From Blastocatellia bacterium (GTDB taxonomy: Bacteria; Acidobacteriota; Blastocatellia; UBA7656): DNA of 64,000 nucleotides. Under the pieces are notes generated by a model that worked only from the letters and a program-made list of their open reading frames with translations, searched no databases and had not been told where the DNA came from. This document shows, piece after piece, positions 1 to 10,389 of this stretch; position 1 is the stretch's first letter; each line of letters begins with the position of its first letter. Location: contig CAVXWP010000004.1 of the NCBI GenBank assembly GCA_963765495.1, positions 160,001-224,000 on the forward strand. Reading direction: 5' to 3'. The position numbers and the translations under genes are program-made.

Positions 1-1693
1 TGCGGGCATAGCTGGAAATCCTTATAAGAATCTCCTGCCTGAAGGTGTTCTTGGCGTTTTCGCTTATGCCGATCTGCTCTTCGATTGAACGCATGAGTTT
101 CTCGTCAGGTTCAAGCTCTTCTTCGGTGATCGGGTCTTTCAGCTTCTCCTTGTTGCAATAGGCTTCGACATTATCGAGATAATTGTCGCAAATGCCTTTG
201 GCCATCTCTTCAAATGAATAGACGAATGCGCGCTGGACCTCGTTTTTGGCGATGTCGTCGTATTCGCGCCGTGCCACCGAAACAAGATTCAGATAATGCT
301 CTCGCTGCTCGCCCGATATTCCGGTGTGCTGCTCGAAGCCGTCCTTGATCGCCCTCAGAGCGTCAATCGGATTGATGCAGAGGATGTTGTCGCGCACGAG
401 CGCGCTCGAAAGCCGGTTGATGACATAGCGAGGGCTGATGCCGTCCATCCCTTCGCGCTGCGCCTCTTCCTGAAGCTCGCGCACATCCTTCGACTTGAAG
501 CCTTCCACATCTTCGCCGTCATAAAGCTTCATCTTCTTGACTATGTCGATGCTCGCTCGTTTAGGCTCTTCAAGCCTCGTCATCACCGCAAACATCGCGG
601 CGACTTTCAGTGTGTTCGGCGCGATGTGCACGTTGCGCAGAGCTTCGGATTGCTTGAGCAGTTTGTCATAGATGCGTTCCTCCTGAGAGACCTTCAGGTT
701 GTAAGGAACCTTTATCATGATTATGCGGTCCTGTAGAGCTTCGCTCTTGCGATTGGCCACAAACGACGAGTATTCGTTCTCGTTTGTGTGCGACAGTATC
801 GCTTCATCCGCATAGATCATGGCGAAACGCCCGGTCTTGATATTCTGCTCCTGGCTGAGGGTCAGCAGGCTGTAGAGGAATTTTTCATCCACCTTCAACA
901 TCTCGACAAATTCCATCAACCCGCGATTGGCGATGTTCAATTCGCCGTCGAAGCGATAGGCGCGAGGGTCGGATTCGACCCCGACTTCGCCGATTGTCGA
1001 AAGATCTATCGAGCCGGTGAGTTCGGTGATGTCCTGGCTCTTTGGATCAGACGGGGCAAAGGTCCCGATCCCTATACGGTCTTTTTCGGAGAATACTATG
1101 CGATGGACCAGCACATCTTCGTGGCGTCCGCGATAGACATGCTCAAGGTTATAGCGGCACTGCGGGCAAAGCTCGCCCTCGATATACATTCCGTAATGGC
1201 GCGCGATCTCGGGGCGCAATTCGGGCGGGATCAAATGAAGCGGTTCTTCGTGCATGGGGCAGTCTTTTATAGAGTAGACCGCTCCGTCATCGGTTCTGGA
1301 CCACTTCTCAAAGCCGCGCTTGAGCATCGTGACTATGGTGGATTTGCCGCCGCCTACAGGCCCCATCAAAAGCAGGATTCGTTTGCGAACTTCGAGCCGC
1401 TGCCCGGCGGACTTGAAGTATTCGACTATCTTTGAGATCGGCCCCTCGATCCCGAATAATTCGTTGCTGAAGAAATTATATTTGGTGATCTCGTCGCGCG
1501 ATCCTTCGTTAATCTTCTCGACACCGGCATCCAGTACCATGTCACAGATGCGGGCGTGCGAAAGTTTTGATACGTTTGGATTTTGAAGGACTAGTTCGAA
1601 ATAATCCCTGAATGTTCCCTCCCAGGCCAATCGCTCGCGGTCGCGGCGATGTGACTCCAGAAGGTCGCTTATATTAAATTTGCTTTCTTCCAT
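1..1693 (-). CDS. prkA: PrkA/YeaG family serine protein kinase (AAA+), 3' end runs off the window
   Basis: Hand translation from ATG 1693: MEESKFNISDLLESHRRDRERLAWEGTFRDYF..., Walker A ILLLMGPVGGGKST; SD GGAGGT upstream. Missing from the ORF track because it has no stop in the window. Confidence 0.92.
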   Translation of the reverse strand, partial: MEESKFNISDLLESHRRDRERLAWEGTFRDYFELVLQNPNVSKLSHARICDMVLDAGVEKINEGSRDEITKYNFFSNELFGIEGPISKIVEYFKSAGQRLEVRKRILLLMGPVGGGKSTIVTMLKRGFEKWSRTDDGAVYSIKDCPMHEEPLHLIPPELRPEIARHYGMYIEGELCPQCRYNLEHVYRGRHEDVLVHRIVFSEKDRIGIGTFAPSDPKSQDITELTGSIDLSTIGEVGVESDPRAYRFDGELNIANRGLMEFVEMLKVDEKFLYSLLTLSQEQNIKTGRFAMIYADEAILSHTNENEYSSFVANRKSEALQDRIIMIKVPYNLKVSQEERIYDKLLKQSEALRNVHIAPNTLKVAAMFAVMTRLEEPKRASIDIVKKMKLYDGEDVEGFKSKDVRELQEEAQREGMDGISPRYVINRLSSALVRDNILCINPIDALRAIKDGFEQHTGISGEQREHYLNLVSVARREYDDIAKNEVQRAFVYSFEEMAKGICDNYLDNVEAYCNKEKLKDPITEEELEPDEKLMRSIEEQIGISENAKNTFRQEILIRISSYAR

Positions 1694-1704
1694 CTGGTAC
1701 CTCC

Positions 1705-1945
1705 GAATCCCACATGGGAAGATCGAGAACAGACACTTTCCTGCTGCGTCTGAAAGCGCCGACCATAAAGGCCGGCAGAGCATCACCCGTGGGCCAGTTT
1801 TGAAGCCCCTCCCTGAGCGGGAGACAAACGGCTTCGCCACTATAAACTGCGAGAGTTAGGACGACACTCAGTCTACGCCCTTTCGGACTCACAGTCGGAG
1901 GTCCGGGTCCGGCTGCTCATGGCTCGACTGGATGCACGCTCAACC
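1705..1945 (-). ncRNA. Candidate structured RNA in the prkA 5' leader
   Basis: Many nested stems on the minus strand, including a long-range closing stem (1930-1941 with 1778-1788), a GAAA tetraloop hairpin (1877-1888) and further hairpins. No family recognised. Confidence 0.55.
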
Positions 1946-2023
1946 TCTTGTTTCTGAAGCGAAGCATCTTGTCAAACTAGCTCAAGCTCAATCATCAATT
2001 GTTATGGCTTCCAACTGCTATGC

Positions 2024-2032
2024 ATTATAGCA
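2024..2032 (-). promoter_or_regulatory. Extended -10 promoter for the prkA leader
   Basis: Minus strand TGCTATAAT (TGn-TATAAT), about 330 nt upstream of the prkA ATG. Confidence 0.55.
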
Positions 2033-2084
2033 CAGCATTGCAAGCACCCGGGCGTGAAGTCAAAACCCCAAGTGATTTAAGCAT

Positions 2085-3014
2085 TTAGGGGTCTATATCA
2101 AGCACCACTTTCGGCCTCACCACCCTCATCTCCTCATCATAAAGGCCAAGCCCAACCAGTGCGCCCCGCTCATCACACAGGCGTATGGATTGCCCCCAAT
2201 CACCGGGCGCGTCTGTCAAAGACAACTCGATAGCGCGGCCTGTGACCACTCTCTTCAACTCTTCCCCGTCAAGCTCTACGCGGGGCAGATGGGTGAGCAT
2301 ATCAGCCGGGCTGATCAGGCTATCCTGTATCGTCCGGTCGCGGCCACGGGTCTCGACTTCTTCCAGAGTCAATGCCCGCGCCAGATCGAAATGGCCCACT
2401 GCCGTGCGACGGAGAGCGCATAGATGAGCGCCTGCGCCGAGCCTTTCGCCGATGTCGTTGGCAAGCGTACGGATATAAGTACCCGAAGAGCAACGAACCC
2501 GCATCACAAAATCTTTTGTTCCATCCGGGTTCAACCTGAGCGGCTCGGCGGATTCGGCCATCTCAATCGAGTAGATGTTTATCTCAATCATCTGTCGTTC
2601 GACTTCCCGGCCTTCGCGGGCCGCCCGATACAGCCTCTCGCCAGCGACTTTCTTGGCCGAATACATCGGCGGCAGTTGCAAGCTCCGGCCTGAAAATTCG
2701 CTCAAGACCCCGCGCACCTCTTCTTCGCTCAAGTTGTTCGATGATGCGAGAGGCGTGATCTGTTTGCCGGTCAGGTCCTGCGTGTCGGTGGCAAACCCTA
2801 GCCTGACGGTTGCGGTGTACTGTTTGTCGAGACCTGCAAGAAATTGAACGAGCCGGGTGGCGCGTCCCAGACAGACGACGAGCACACCTGTCGCAAAGGG
2901 GTCGAGCGTGCCCGCATGACCTACGCGCCGTGTGCCGCAAGCCTTCCGCACTCGCGCCACAGCGGTGTGTGAGGTAATGCCTTCCGGCTTATCAACTGTT
3001 AAAGCGCCTAGCAT
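2085..3014 (-). CDS. truB: tRNA pseudouridine(55) synthase
   Basis: DKPEGITSH, VGHAGTLDPFATG, PPMYSAKKVAG and CSSGTYIR motifs; start trimmed to MLGALTVDK. Confidence 0.96.
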   Translation of the reverse strand: MLGALTVDKPEGITSHTAVARVRKACGTRRVGHAGTLDPFATGVLVVCLGRATRLVQFLAGLDKQYTATVRLGFATDTQDLTGKQITPLASSNNLSEEEVRGVLSEFSGRSLQLPPMYSAKKVAGERLYRAAREGREVERQMIEINIYSIEMAESAEPLRLNPDGTKDFVMRVRCSSGTYIRTLANDIGERLGAGAHLCALRRTAVGHFDLARALTLEEVETRGRDRTIQDSLISPADMLTHLPRVELDGEELKRVVTGRAIELSLTDAPGDWGQSIRLCDERGALVGLGLYDEEMRVVRPKVVLDIDP

Positions 3015-3138
3015 GACGGGATTTGAGATTTGAGATCCGAAATCTGAGATTCTCCGACTCAGATCAGGTCTGGTTTCCATTTGAATAGTTGGGACAGACG
3101 GTCCATTTGACTATATGTCGAGCCAGACACATTTGCGG

Positions 3139-5262
3139 TTACTGGCTCTCTAACTTCTCTTTTAATCCTGTGAGCGACCCGTTGAGCTTTTTATAAAGCG
3201 ATTCGATTTGCGCCCGGCGCACCGACTCGGTCGGAGAACCGGGTTCAAAGCTGGCTATATAAAAATCGAGTGCGCGTTTCTCATCGCCCACCTGTTCGGT
3301 GGCTACGGCCAGATGCCAGAGTGCCGTTTTTCGCTCCAGATTATCGGGGTAGACCTGAACCGCTTTTGCCAGAGTTTCGAGCGCCGCTCGCGTATCGCCC
3401 TTCTTGAAGAGTATCCACCCCAGCGCATCATATGCCCGGCCAAGAAATACATCCCGGCGGCCTTGACGATCAAGCAGAGGCGCGTCGCGCATAGACCCGT
3501 CAGGCTCGGTAGCCGAATCGGCCATCTCTATGGCTCTTCTTGAAAGCTGTTCGGCGGCATCGAGCGCGACCTCAAGTTCGGTGAGCTTGCGCGCAGCGAC
3601 TATCATGCGAAATGCCTGACGACCATCATCGAGAGTTGTGAAGGTCTTGACCGCCTTGATCAAATCGGCAGCGCCGGGCAGACTCGAATCCGCCCCGGCC
3701 GACAGTTCGTTTGAATTAATCGGGGGGCTGGCCCGTCGCGGGCGAGTGGCGTTTTTGAGCGAATCATCCGCCTGCTTTCCTCCTCCTCTAGCCCCCCTGC
3801 GCCCCGTGGAAGCGGCAGGTTTGCGCGCTTTAGCCATTACATTTGCGTAATGATCCATACGCGCCAGCGCCTCGGCCAGCCGATACTGCATAGTAGTTGT
3901 CGGATAATCGTTTGAGAAAAGCGCCGCCTTGCGCTCGCGTTCAAGCAGCAAATCCAAACTGGGCGACCTCGCCTTCACCACTCCGCCAAGCAAGGTCTCG
4001 AACTCGCCTTCATCAGAGATTGTGAAATTCTGCTTTATCACATCGAGAGCCTGATCATAACCGTCAAGCGTCATCAAGGCTTTTACAAGCTCGAACTTGA
4101 GAGTCGCAAAACCCGCGAGCGTCTGTGCCTGAATGATCGTTGCAAGCGCATCGCCGTATTTGCCTTCGACCGCGTCAATGTTGGCTTTGGCGATAAAAGT
4201 CCACGCATAGCGAGGCTCTATGTGAGCGGCGCGCTCCATATAGGGGCGGGCGACGAGCGGCTTTCTCCGATTCGTGTAAAAGAAGGCAAGCTGCGTCATC
4301 AGGCGATAATCTTCCGGCGCAAGCTCGGCTGCGCGCTTGATCTCCGCATCGGCCTCTTCGTTGCGGCCAAGAGCAAGCAGCGACAAGGCCAGCCCGCCGT
4401 GCGCCTCCGCATCATCCGGTTTGAGCGCTATCTGTTTATTGTAATAGGTGATTGCCCGCTTGTGATCGCCCCCGGCGCGAGCCAGATTGGCAAGGTTCAG
4501 ATTGGCGAATTCGTCAGCCGGGTCTATTTCAAGCGCCCGCTCGAATTCCGACATCGCCTCTTCCAGTCGCAGGTTTATCAGATAAGCGCTGCCCAGCCCG
4601 TTGTGGGCCCGGTGATTATCGGGAGCGATTGCCACGGCATGCTCCAGCACGCGGACTGCTTCAATGGGGGCTTCGATCTGGACGTAGAAGAAACCAATCT
4701 GCACCAGCCGATTCGGGTCTCGTTCGAACCGGCTCTCAAAGGATTGCATCAGTTCTACGGATTCGACTCGATAACCGAACGCGCTCATCGCAAGCGGCAG
4801 GGGGAAGATAAATTGTCCGAAGACACGGTCGTTGATTTCGGCAGGCGCGTTGTTGAATACGGCCTTGAAATCGCGCATGGCCGGTTGCGGGTTGCCTTCT
4901 CTCAAATGCTGCTCGCCCCTGAGCGCATATTCCCTCATCAGCAGGTCGCGCGCCTGTTTTTCAAGCCCCGCGTCTCGATGAGCGGCGACAAATCTTTCGA
5001 GCAGTTTTATGCGTTCATCCTGCGTGGCAGCCGAACGGGCGCGCTCAAATGCTTCGCCGGGCGATTCCGAAGCAGCTTCGCTCGAAGCCGGGGCGGGCCT
5101 GTTTGGTGCTTTTCCGCCTTTTCTGCCTTTTTGAACCATCGAACCTGCCGACATCCCGTCAATCGAAATCGCCAGAACCAGCAGGGCCGGAAGCAGACAC
5201 CTACGCGACAGAAGCATAAAGCTTCCGGCAGTATTAATACATAATCCCTTGATCGTGTTCAT
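3139..5262 (-). CDS. Exported tetratricopeptide repeat protein
   Basis: 707-aa ORF with a hydrophobic N-terminus and several TPR units (AHNGLGSAY...ALEIDP; AYDALGWILFKKG). Confidence 0.85.
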   Translation of the reverse strand: MNTIKGLCINTAGSFMLLSRRCLLPALLVLAISIDGMSAGSMVQKGRKGGKAPNRPAPASSEAASESPGEAFERARSAATQDERIKLLERFVAAHRDAGLEKQARDLLMREYALRGEQHLREGNPQPAMRDFKAVFNNAPAEINDRVFGQFIFPLPLAMSAFGYRVESVELMQSFESRFERDPNRLVQIGFFYVQIEAPIEAVRVLEHAVAIAPDNHRAHNGLGSAYLINLRLEEAMSEFERALEIDPADEFANLNLANLARAGGDHKRAITYYNKQIALKPDDAEAHGGLALSLLALGRNEEADAEIKRAAELAPEDYRLMTQLAFFYTNRRKPLVARPYMERAAHIEPRYAWTFIAKANIDAVEGKYGDALATIIQAQTLAGFATLKFELVKALMTLDGYDQALDVIKQNFTISDEGEFETLLGGVVKARSPSLDLLLERERKAALFSNDYPTTTMQYRLAEALARMDHYANVMAKARKPAASTGRRGARGGGKQADDSLKNATRPRRASPPINSNELSAGADSSLPGAADLIKAVKTFTTLDDGRQAFRMIVAARKLTELEVALDAAEQLSRRAIEMADSATEPDGSMRDAPLLDRQGRRDVFLGRAYDALGWILFKKGDTRAALETLAKAVQVYPDNLERKTALWHLAVATEQVGDEKRALDFYIASFEPGSPTESVRRAQIESLYKKLNGSLTGLKEKLESQ

Positions 5263-5339
5263 AAGAATGCAAATACTATAGCGGTTTTTGCTGGAATCTG
5301 CTACACGGAAGAGTAACCAGAGAAGCGTGTGGCGATGGC

Positions 5340-5442
5340 TGATGCGTGATGCGTGATGCGTGACTTTGAGGAAGCCTGTTTGTTAATGACAGATTGCAAA
5401 TCAAGTAAATCACGCATCACGCATCACGCATCACGCATCACG
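5340..5442. repeat. Inverted heptamer tandem array (TGATGCG)n...(CGCATCA)n
   Basis: Two opposed tandem arms around an A/T-richer spacer, immediately after the phosphatase stop codon. Confidence 0.9.
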
Positions 5443-5446
5443 AGCC

Positions 5447-7189
5447 CTACCGCCTGCCCGGAGCCGGGCGCTCCGGGCCCATCGCTTCGTTAAGCACGCG
5501 GCCGACTCGATTCGAGGGAGGCTCGATGCCGAGCAATGCCGCAATCGTAGGCGCAATGTCGGAGGGGGAGCATTCGCCGTAGTAGCGACCCGCGCGCATG
5601 CCAGGCCCGCTGATGATTACCGGGACGTGTGTGTCATAGTTGTAAGGCGAGCCGTGCGTGGTCGCTATATCTCCTTCAACGAAAAACATGAAGGGTCTGG
5701 TTACAATCCAGACGTCCCCTGACCGCTCTCGATTGAACCCGTTCATCACACGGCGAGCAATGGGAGTCCTTGGAACGCGGCCTTCAACCAGTTCGGTTCG
5801 AGTGAAGTAATTGACGATGCCGGGAACTTTTAGCGCCGCTTGCCCCGCTATGCGCTCGGCCTCCGCGGGATCGACTTTGCGTTTTTCCATCATCTCAGGG
5901 TCGAGATACAGTTGATCGTTGACAAATGCCTGTACCCACTTCTCTCCCCCGAAACGGGCTGCCAGAGCCTTATTCACGGCATCAATCAATTGCTCGGGCG
6001 AGATTCGCCCCGCATCAAAGCCGAGAGATTCGGCGCGCTCGGGCACCGGAGAGACACCATGATCTCCCGTCAGGAATACTATCGTGTTACCCTGACCTGC
6101 ACGCCGGTCGATATAGGTCAAAAGATCGGCGATTACGCGATCAAGCTGAATATATGTATCCATCACTTCAAGGCTGTCCGGCCCTTTGGTGTGGCCTACA
6201 AGATCGGGAGTCGAAAAACTCACGGACAATAAATCCGGGTATTGATCCGCGCCGAGAGATTCGGCTTCGACGGCAGCCTTTGCGAAATCCGCCAGATACT
6301 CGGAGGCGAAAGGCGTGAATTGAAAAGCGCCATAGAATTTCGGGCCGGGTTTGTCGGCTCCGCCGTTTATCGTGTAAGGAAACTTCTCGTCCGACGACGC
6401 TTTCGCATCAGACCTGCTGGCTGCCCCTGCCTCCTCGTAGGCTTCGGGTTTGAGCGCAAGGTTCCACTTCGCGCCAAAGTATTTATCAGGGCGATGCGAT
6501 TTATTGAACGCACCGACCCACGGGGGAAGCGCCTTGAAATAGTAATCGCTCGACATCATCGTGCCTGTCGAGGCATCAAACCAGTATGCGCCGTTGGGCC
6601 GTTGCCCGCCGGGAAACACGGCCGAGCGGTCTTTCAAAGAGAGAGTCACGACTTTTGATCGGAGGTTTGTGGCAAGCCGCATCTGATCGCCTATGGTAGT
6701 GCCTATGAGCGCGCGCGGGCTCGGAGCGCCTCCCCTCTCCGCCGGGCCGTGATCGGTAACCGCGTGCGCCTTATCGTCAGAGACTATCATTCGCGTCTTG
6801 CCCGTTTCACGGTCAAAGTACATGTTGCCGACGATGCCGTTTTCAGCCGGAATCGAACCTGTAAAGATTGCCGCGTGTCCCGGAGCCGTATATGTAGGCA
6901 CGTAATCATATTTTGCGTCGGTAAAGAAAGCACCTTCGCGCATAAGGCGGCGGAACCCGCCTTCGCCAAATGCCCCCGCGAAGCGTTCGAGGAAATCGTA
7001 TCGGAACTGGTCTACGATAATAGCCAGCACAAGACGAGGGCTCGCGTTGTTTCGATTCGCTCCGCGTCGAGGTGATGTCTGTTGCCTCTGAGCCGTCCCG
7101 GTCGCGGGAGAGAGAGAAGCAAACAAACAGGTGAGCAGAATTATCGCGCGCGTTTTTCCATATTTCTTTTGATTCATAATAGATTCCAC
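5447..7189 (-). CDS. Alkaline phosphatase superfamily protein (PafA-like nucleotide pyrophosphatase/phosphodiesterase)
   Basis: VDQFRYD, TYTAPGHA (Thr nucleophile), KDRSA, DLVGH, GDHG and THGSPYNYDTHVP motifs; signal peptide. Confidence 0.92.
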   Translation of the reverse strand: MESIMNQKKYGKTRAIILLTCLFASLSPATGTAQRQQTSPRRGANRNNASPRLVLAIIVDQFRYDFLERFAGAFGEGGFRRLMREGAFFTDAKYDYVPTYTAPGHAAIFTGSIPAENGIVGNMYFDRETGKTRMIVSDDKAHAVTDHGPAERGGAPSPRALIGTTIGDQMRLATNLRSKVVTLSLKDRSAVFPGGQRPNGAYWFDASTGTMMSSDYYFKALPPWVGAFNKSHRPDKYFGAKWNLALKPEAYEEAGAASRSDAKASSDEKFPYTINGGADKPGPKFYGAFQFTPFASEYLADFAKAAVEAESLGADQYPDLLSVSFSTPDLVGHTKGPDSLEVMDTYIQLDRVIADLLTYIDRRAGQGNTIVFLTGDHGVSPVPERAESLGFDAGRISPEQLIDAVNKALAARFGGEKWVQAFVNDQLYLDPEMMEKRKVDPAEAERIAGQAALKVPGIVNYFTRTELVEGRVPRTPIARRVMNGFNRERSGDVWIVTRPFMFFVEGDIATTHGSPYNYDTHVPVIISGPGMRAGRYYGECSPSDIAPTIAALLGIEPPSNRVGRVLNEAMGPERPAPGRR

Positions 7190-7294
7190 CGTGGCTTGTA
7201 AGAGAGAGAACCTAATTCACGCGCAACGGGCATGTCAACTGAGGATCGGTCGCCGGACGTTAAAATTTTGTGACGGACAGGGCCATTCAGTTCT

Positions 7295-8119
7295 TTAACG
7301 GTTCGATTTCAGGAGTCTTTTGACATCTACCCTGACACCGAAATTTTCTTCGAGCGCTCGCTCGTATTCGTCTTCTCCGGCCAGCAAAATTTCCCGGCGC
7401 TCTCCGCCTTCTGTGATAATCAATCGCATATCGCTCAACGTTACTCGGCCCCACGACTTTGCAAGAGTGCAGAGAGGGCTCTTTGTAAAATGCGACTGCG
7501 GCGATGTCTGATGGTAATGACACATTTCCAGATAATCGCTCATCACACGCGGCTGCAACGAAAAAACATACTGGTCCTTCCAGTCGGAATCATCGTCTCG
7601 TCTGAGCAGCTTTAACAGGTCGCCATCTCGCGTAATGAGGTAACGGCTCCAGTCTCGCGCCTGCTCGCCTCTTTCATCCAATCGAAGAGGCTCGCGAAAG
7701 CTGTCGCCAAATCCTACGTCTGCAAGCCAGCGGTCTTCCAACTGCACAAGCAGAGCCATGTGATCAAACTCGGGGCCGAAGGTGTCTTCGCCGCTGGTCA
7801 CTCTTGCCGAGAGCAGCGTCACATCGAAGCCGAGTTCCCTGAGAAGAGCCGCAAACAACCCGTTCATCTCATAGCAAAATCCGCCGCGCCGATGCCTTAC
7901 GATCTTGTCAAAGAGCGAGGCTTCATCCAGTCGAATCGGCCTGCCAAGATGAATCTCCAGATTCTCGAATGGAACCGCCAGATGATGCGCCCTGTGCAAC
8001 GCCCGCAACGTATCAACGGTTGGCTCGATAGAACCGGAATAGCCGATTCGCTGCAAATAAGCGTTCACATCCAGCCGGGCGTTTTTCTCAACATTCTCTG
8101 TATGAGTGTCCACAATCAA
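7295..8119 (-). CDS. Arylamine N-acetyltransferase
   Basis: VPFENL, RRGGFCYEMN (catalytic Cys), DHMAL, LADVGFG. Confidence 0.95.
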   Translation of the reverse strand: MIVDTHTENVEKNARLDVNAYLQRIGYSGSIEPTVDTLRALHRAHHLAVPFENLEIHLGRPIRLDEASLFDKIVRHRRGGFCYEMNGLFAALLRELGFDVTLLSARVTSGEDTFGPEFDHMALLVQLEDRWLADVGFGDSFREPLRLDERGEQARDWSRYLITRDGDLLKLLRRDDDSDWKDQYVFSLQPRVMSDYLEMCHYHQTSPQSHFTKSPLCTLAKSWGRVTLSDMRLIITEGGERREILLAGEDEYERALEENFGVRVDVKRLLKSNR

Positions 8120-8131
8120 CTCCTGACCTCA

Positions 8132-10306
8132 TCAACCGAGCACAGAGTTTATATCGATTTCGATGCCCGAAGCGCCCCGCACGCACTCGACGACCGCGAA
8201 TGTCGCAAGCGTAGTCGCCACGAGCGATTCAAGGCTTATGGGCGCTAGACGGCCTTCGCGCGCCGATTCGAGAAAGGCGCTTATCTCAGCGCCGTGTCCT
8301 TTATCCTGCGTGCTTCCTCCGAGGCGCGTCTTCTTTGCGCCGCGTATGAATTGCCCGCTTTTGTAATCGTCTATAGTCGCAACCGAGCGATCACACAATA
8401 TTTCTATCTGCTCTTTCGGAACGGATTTGTCACCGCTCGCCGCGTAGACTATCGAAGCAACAGACCCGTCACCGAGCCTCAGCGAAATGGCCACGCTGTC
8501 ATCAACGTAGCCCGATGTTTTCAGGTGCGGCACGCCTTCGGCCGATACGCGAACGGGCAGAGAATCGGTCAGATACTGAACCAGGTCGATGAAATGGCAG
8601 ACCTCGCCAATGACGCGACCCCCGCCTTCTACGGGGTCGAGCGTCCAGTGGCCAGAAGCAAGCCCGCCTGCGTTCACCCGATAGAGGATTGTCATCGGTC
8701 CCGACCTATGCTCGAATCTCGCTTTGACCTCCCGAGCAATAGGAGCAAAGCGCCTATTGTAACCGACCATCAACAATCCGCCGGTTTCGCGGGCAGCGGC
8801 GGCGACCTCGCGCAATCCTTCCTCGGTGATGGCGAGCGGCTTCTCTACGAAAACCGCTTTCCCTTTTCTGAGAGCCTTTGCCGCAAGCAAGGCGTGAGAA
8901 TCGTGCCGGGTCGTTATGAAGACCGAATGAGTGTTCTCATTTTCAAGTATCTGTTCATAATCGGTGGTCGAATACGAGAATCCGAACTGCTCGGCGGTGT
9001 TACGGGCGCTGACGCCGGTTGCGGTTGCAAGCCCGGTCAGTTGAACGCCCTGAGAGCGTTTTACGATTGGCAGTAACACGCCTCGGGCAAAGTTCCCGGC
9101 CCCGATAAATCCTATGCCTATCTGACCATTTTCGAGCCGCTTTGTCTGATGCGGTCTTATCCCGGAGGCAGCCGCTTTTGTCGCGTTTGGATATTCGAGC
9201 ACGACCCCGCACGAGCGTTCGCCGCTCTGCCCCAGAATCAGGTCGTATGCCTGCTTTGCATCCTCTACGGTGAAGCGGTGCGTAGTCAGCAAATCCGTAT
9301 TTATTTTGCCTTCGGCAACAAGCCCTAAAAACGATTCCATATTCCGTTGCTCGGTCCAGCGCACATATCCTATGGGATAGTCGTTTCCCTTCTCTTCGTA
9401 TGAGGGGTCATAACGTCCAGGCCCGTAGGAACGCGAGAGCCTGACTTCAAGCTCTTTCATATAGTAAGCGTTTCGAGGGATGTCCATGCCCACGAGCCCT
9501 ACGACGACGACCCTTGCCCTGTCTCTGGCCAGATCGCATGCCAGCACGACCGGCTCGCTCGATTTTGTGCCGGCGGTAATCAATATGGAATCCGCGCCGT
9601 GCCCTCCGGTCAATTGATCGCAAAAGGCGAGCGCCGTTTCACGGTCTTCTGACACAAGGTCTGCGCCCGATTTCTTTGCAAGCGCGCAGGCCGCCGGGTC
9701 TATGTCTATTCCAAGCACGCGGCAGCCCGCCGCCTTTAGGATCTGGACTGCCAATTGCCCGACAAGCCCCAGACCTATCACGGCAATCGCCTCGCCCAAT
9801 CGGGCATCGGCCTGCCGAACTCCCTGCAACGCTATTGCGCCCACGGTTGTGTACGCGGCTGCTTCAAGCGATGCGCCTTCGGGAAGCTTGCAACAGAGAT
9901 TTCTGGGGATGAAATTCACTTCCGCGTGTGACGCGTAACCGCCGCCCGCGCACGCTACGCGGTCGCCCGCTTGAAGGTCGCGGACATCGCTGCCTACCTG
10001 AATCACAATGCCCGATGCGCTGTAGCCGAGCGGCTTTATCTGATCGAGCCTCGCCCTGACTTTTTCATATGTCGAGCGCAGCCCCTCTCGTTTGAAAGTG
10101 TCAAACACCTGGCGGACGAGGTCCGGGCGGCTTCGAGCCTTGCCGAGGAGTGAACTCTGAGCCGTCTCGACAATTGACCTCTCGGTGCCTGCGCTGATAA
10201 GCGAACAGGCGGTTTGCACAAGCACGCCGCCGGGACGGAGCGCGGGCGGGGGAAGCTCTTCCACTTTCAACTCCCCCGTGCGGTAATTCTGTGTGACTTG
10301 TTTCAT
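8132..10306 (-). CDS. Bi-domain oxidoreductase (MDR/Zn-ADH-like plus Gfo/Idh/MocA)
   Basis: SLISAGTE, GLGLVG, SRSYGPGRYD in the N-half; GAGNFA, FVEKPL, VGYNRRF, GEVCHFID in the C-half. Confidence 0.92.
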   Translation of the reverse strand: MKQVTQNYRTGELKVEELPPPALRPGGVLVQTACSLISAGTERSIVETAQSSLLGKARSRPDLVRQVFDTFKREGLRSTYEKVRARLDQIKPLGYSASGIVIQVGSDVRDLQAGDRVACAGGGYASHAEVNFIPRNLCCKLPEGASLEAAAYTTVGAIALQGVRQADARLGEAIAVIGLGLVGQLAVQILKAAGCRVLGIDIDPAACALAKKSGADLVSEDRETALAFCDQLTGGHGADSILITAGTKSSEPVVLACDLARDRARVVVVGLVGMDIPRNAYYMKELEVRLSRSYGPGRYDPSYEEKGNDYPIGYVRWTEQRNMESFLGLVAEGKINTDLLTTHRFTVEDAKQAYDLILGQSGERSCGVVLEYPNATKAAASGIRPHQTKRLENGQIGIGFIGAGNFARGVLLPIVKRSQGVQLTGLATATGVSARNTAEQFGFSYSTTDYEQILENENTHSVFITTRHDSHALLAAKALRKGKAVFVEKPLAITEEGLREVAAAARETGGLLMVGYNRRFAPIAREVKARFEHRSGPMTILYRVNAGGLASGHWTLDPVEGGGRVIGEVCHFIDLVQYLTDSLPVRVSAEGVPHLKTSGYVDDSVAISLRLGDGSVASIVYAASGDKSVPKEQIEILCDRSVATIDDYKSGQFIRGAKKTRLGGSTQDKGHGAEISAFLESAREGRLAPISLESLVATTLATFAVVECVRGASGIEIDINSVLG

Positions 10307-10310
10307 AGGC

Positions 10311-10388
10311 AGTGGTCGGTGGTCGGTGGTCAGTGGTCAGTAATCAGCCATCTGATCTGACCACTGACCACCGACCGCTGATCACCGA
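10311..10388. repeat. Inverted heptamer array (GTGGTCR)n...(YGACCAC)n
   Basis: Opposed tandem arms fill the gap between two co-oriented genes. Confidence 0.88.
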
Positions 10389-10389
10389 T

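Noticed and set aside
296-1435. Plus-strand ORFs 296-736 and 788-1435
   Set aside because: Antisense shadows of prkA, which has clear motifs on the minus strand.
1705-1945. 6S, SRP or cobalamin-riboswitch identity for the prkA leader
   Set aside because: The diagnostic motifs and overall architecture are not matched; kept as an unknown RNA.
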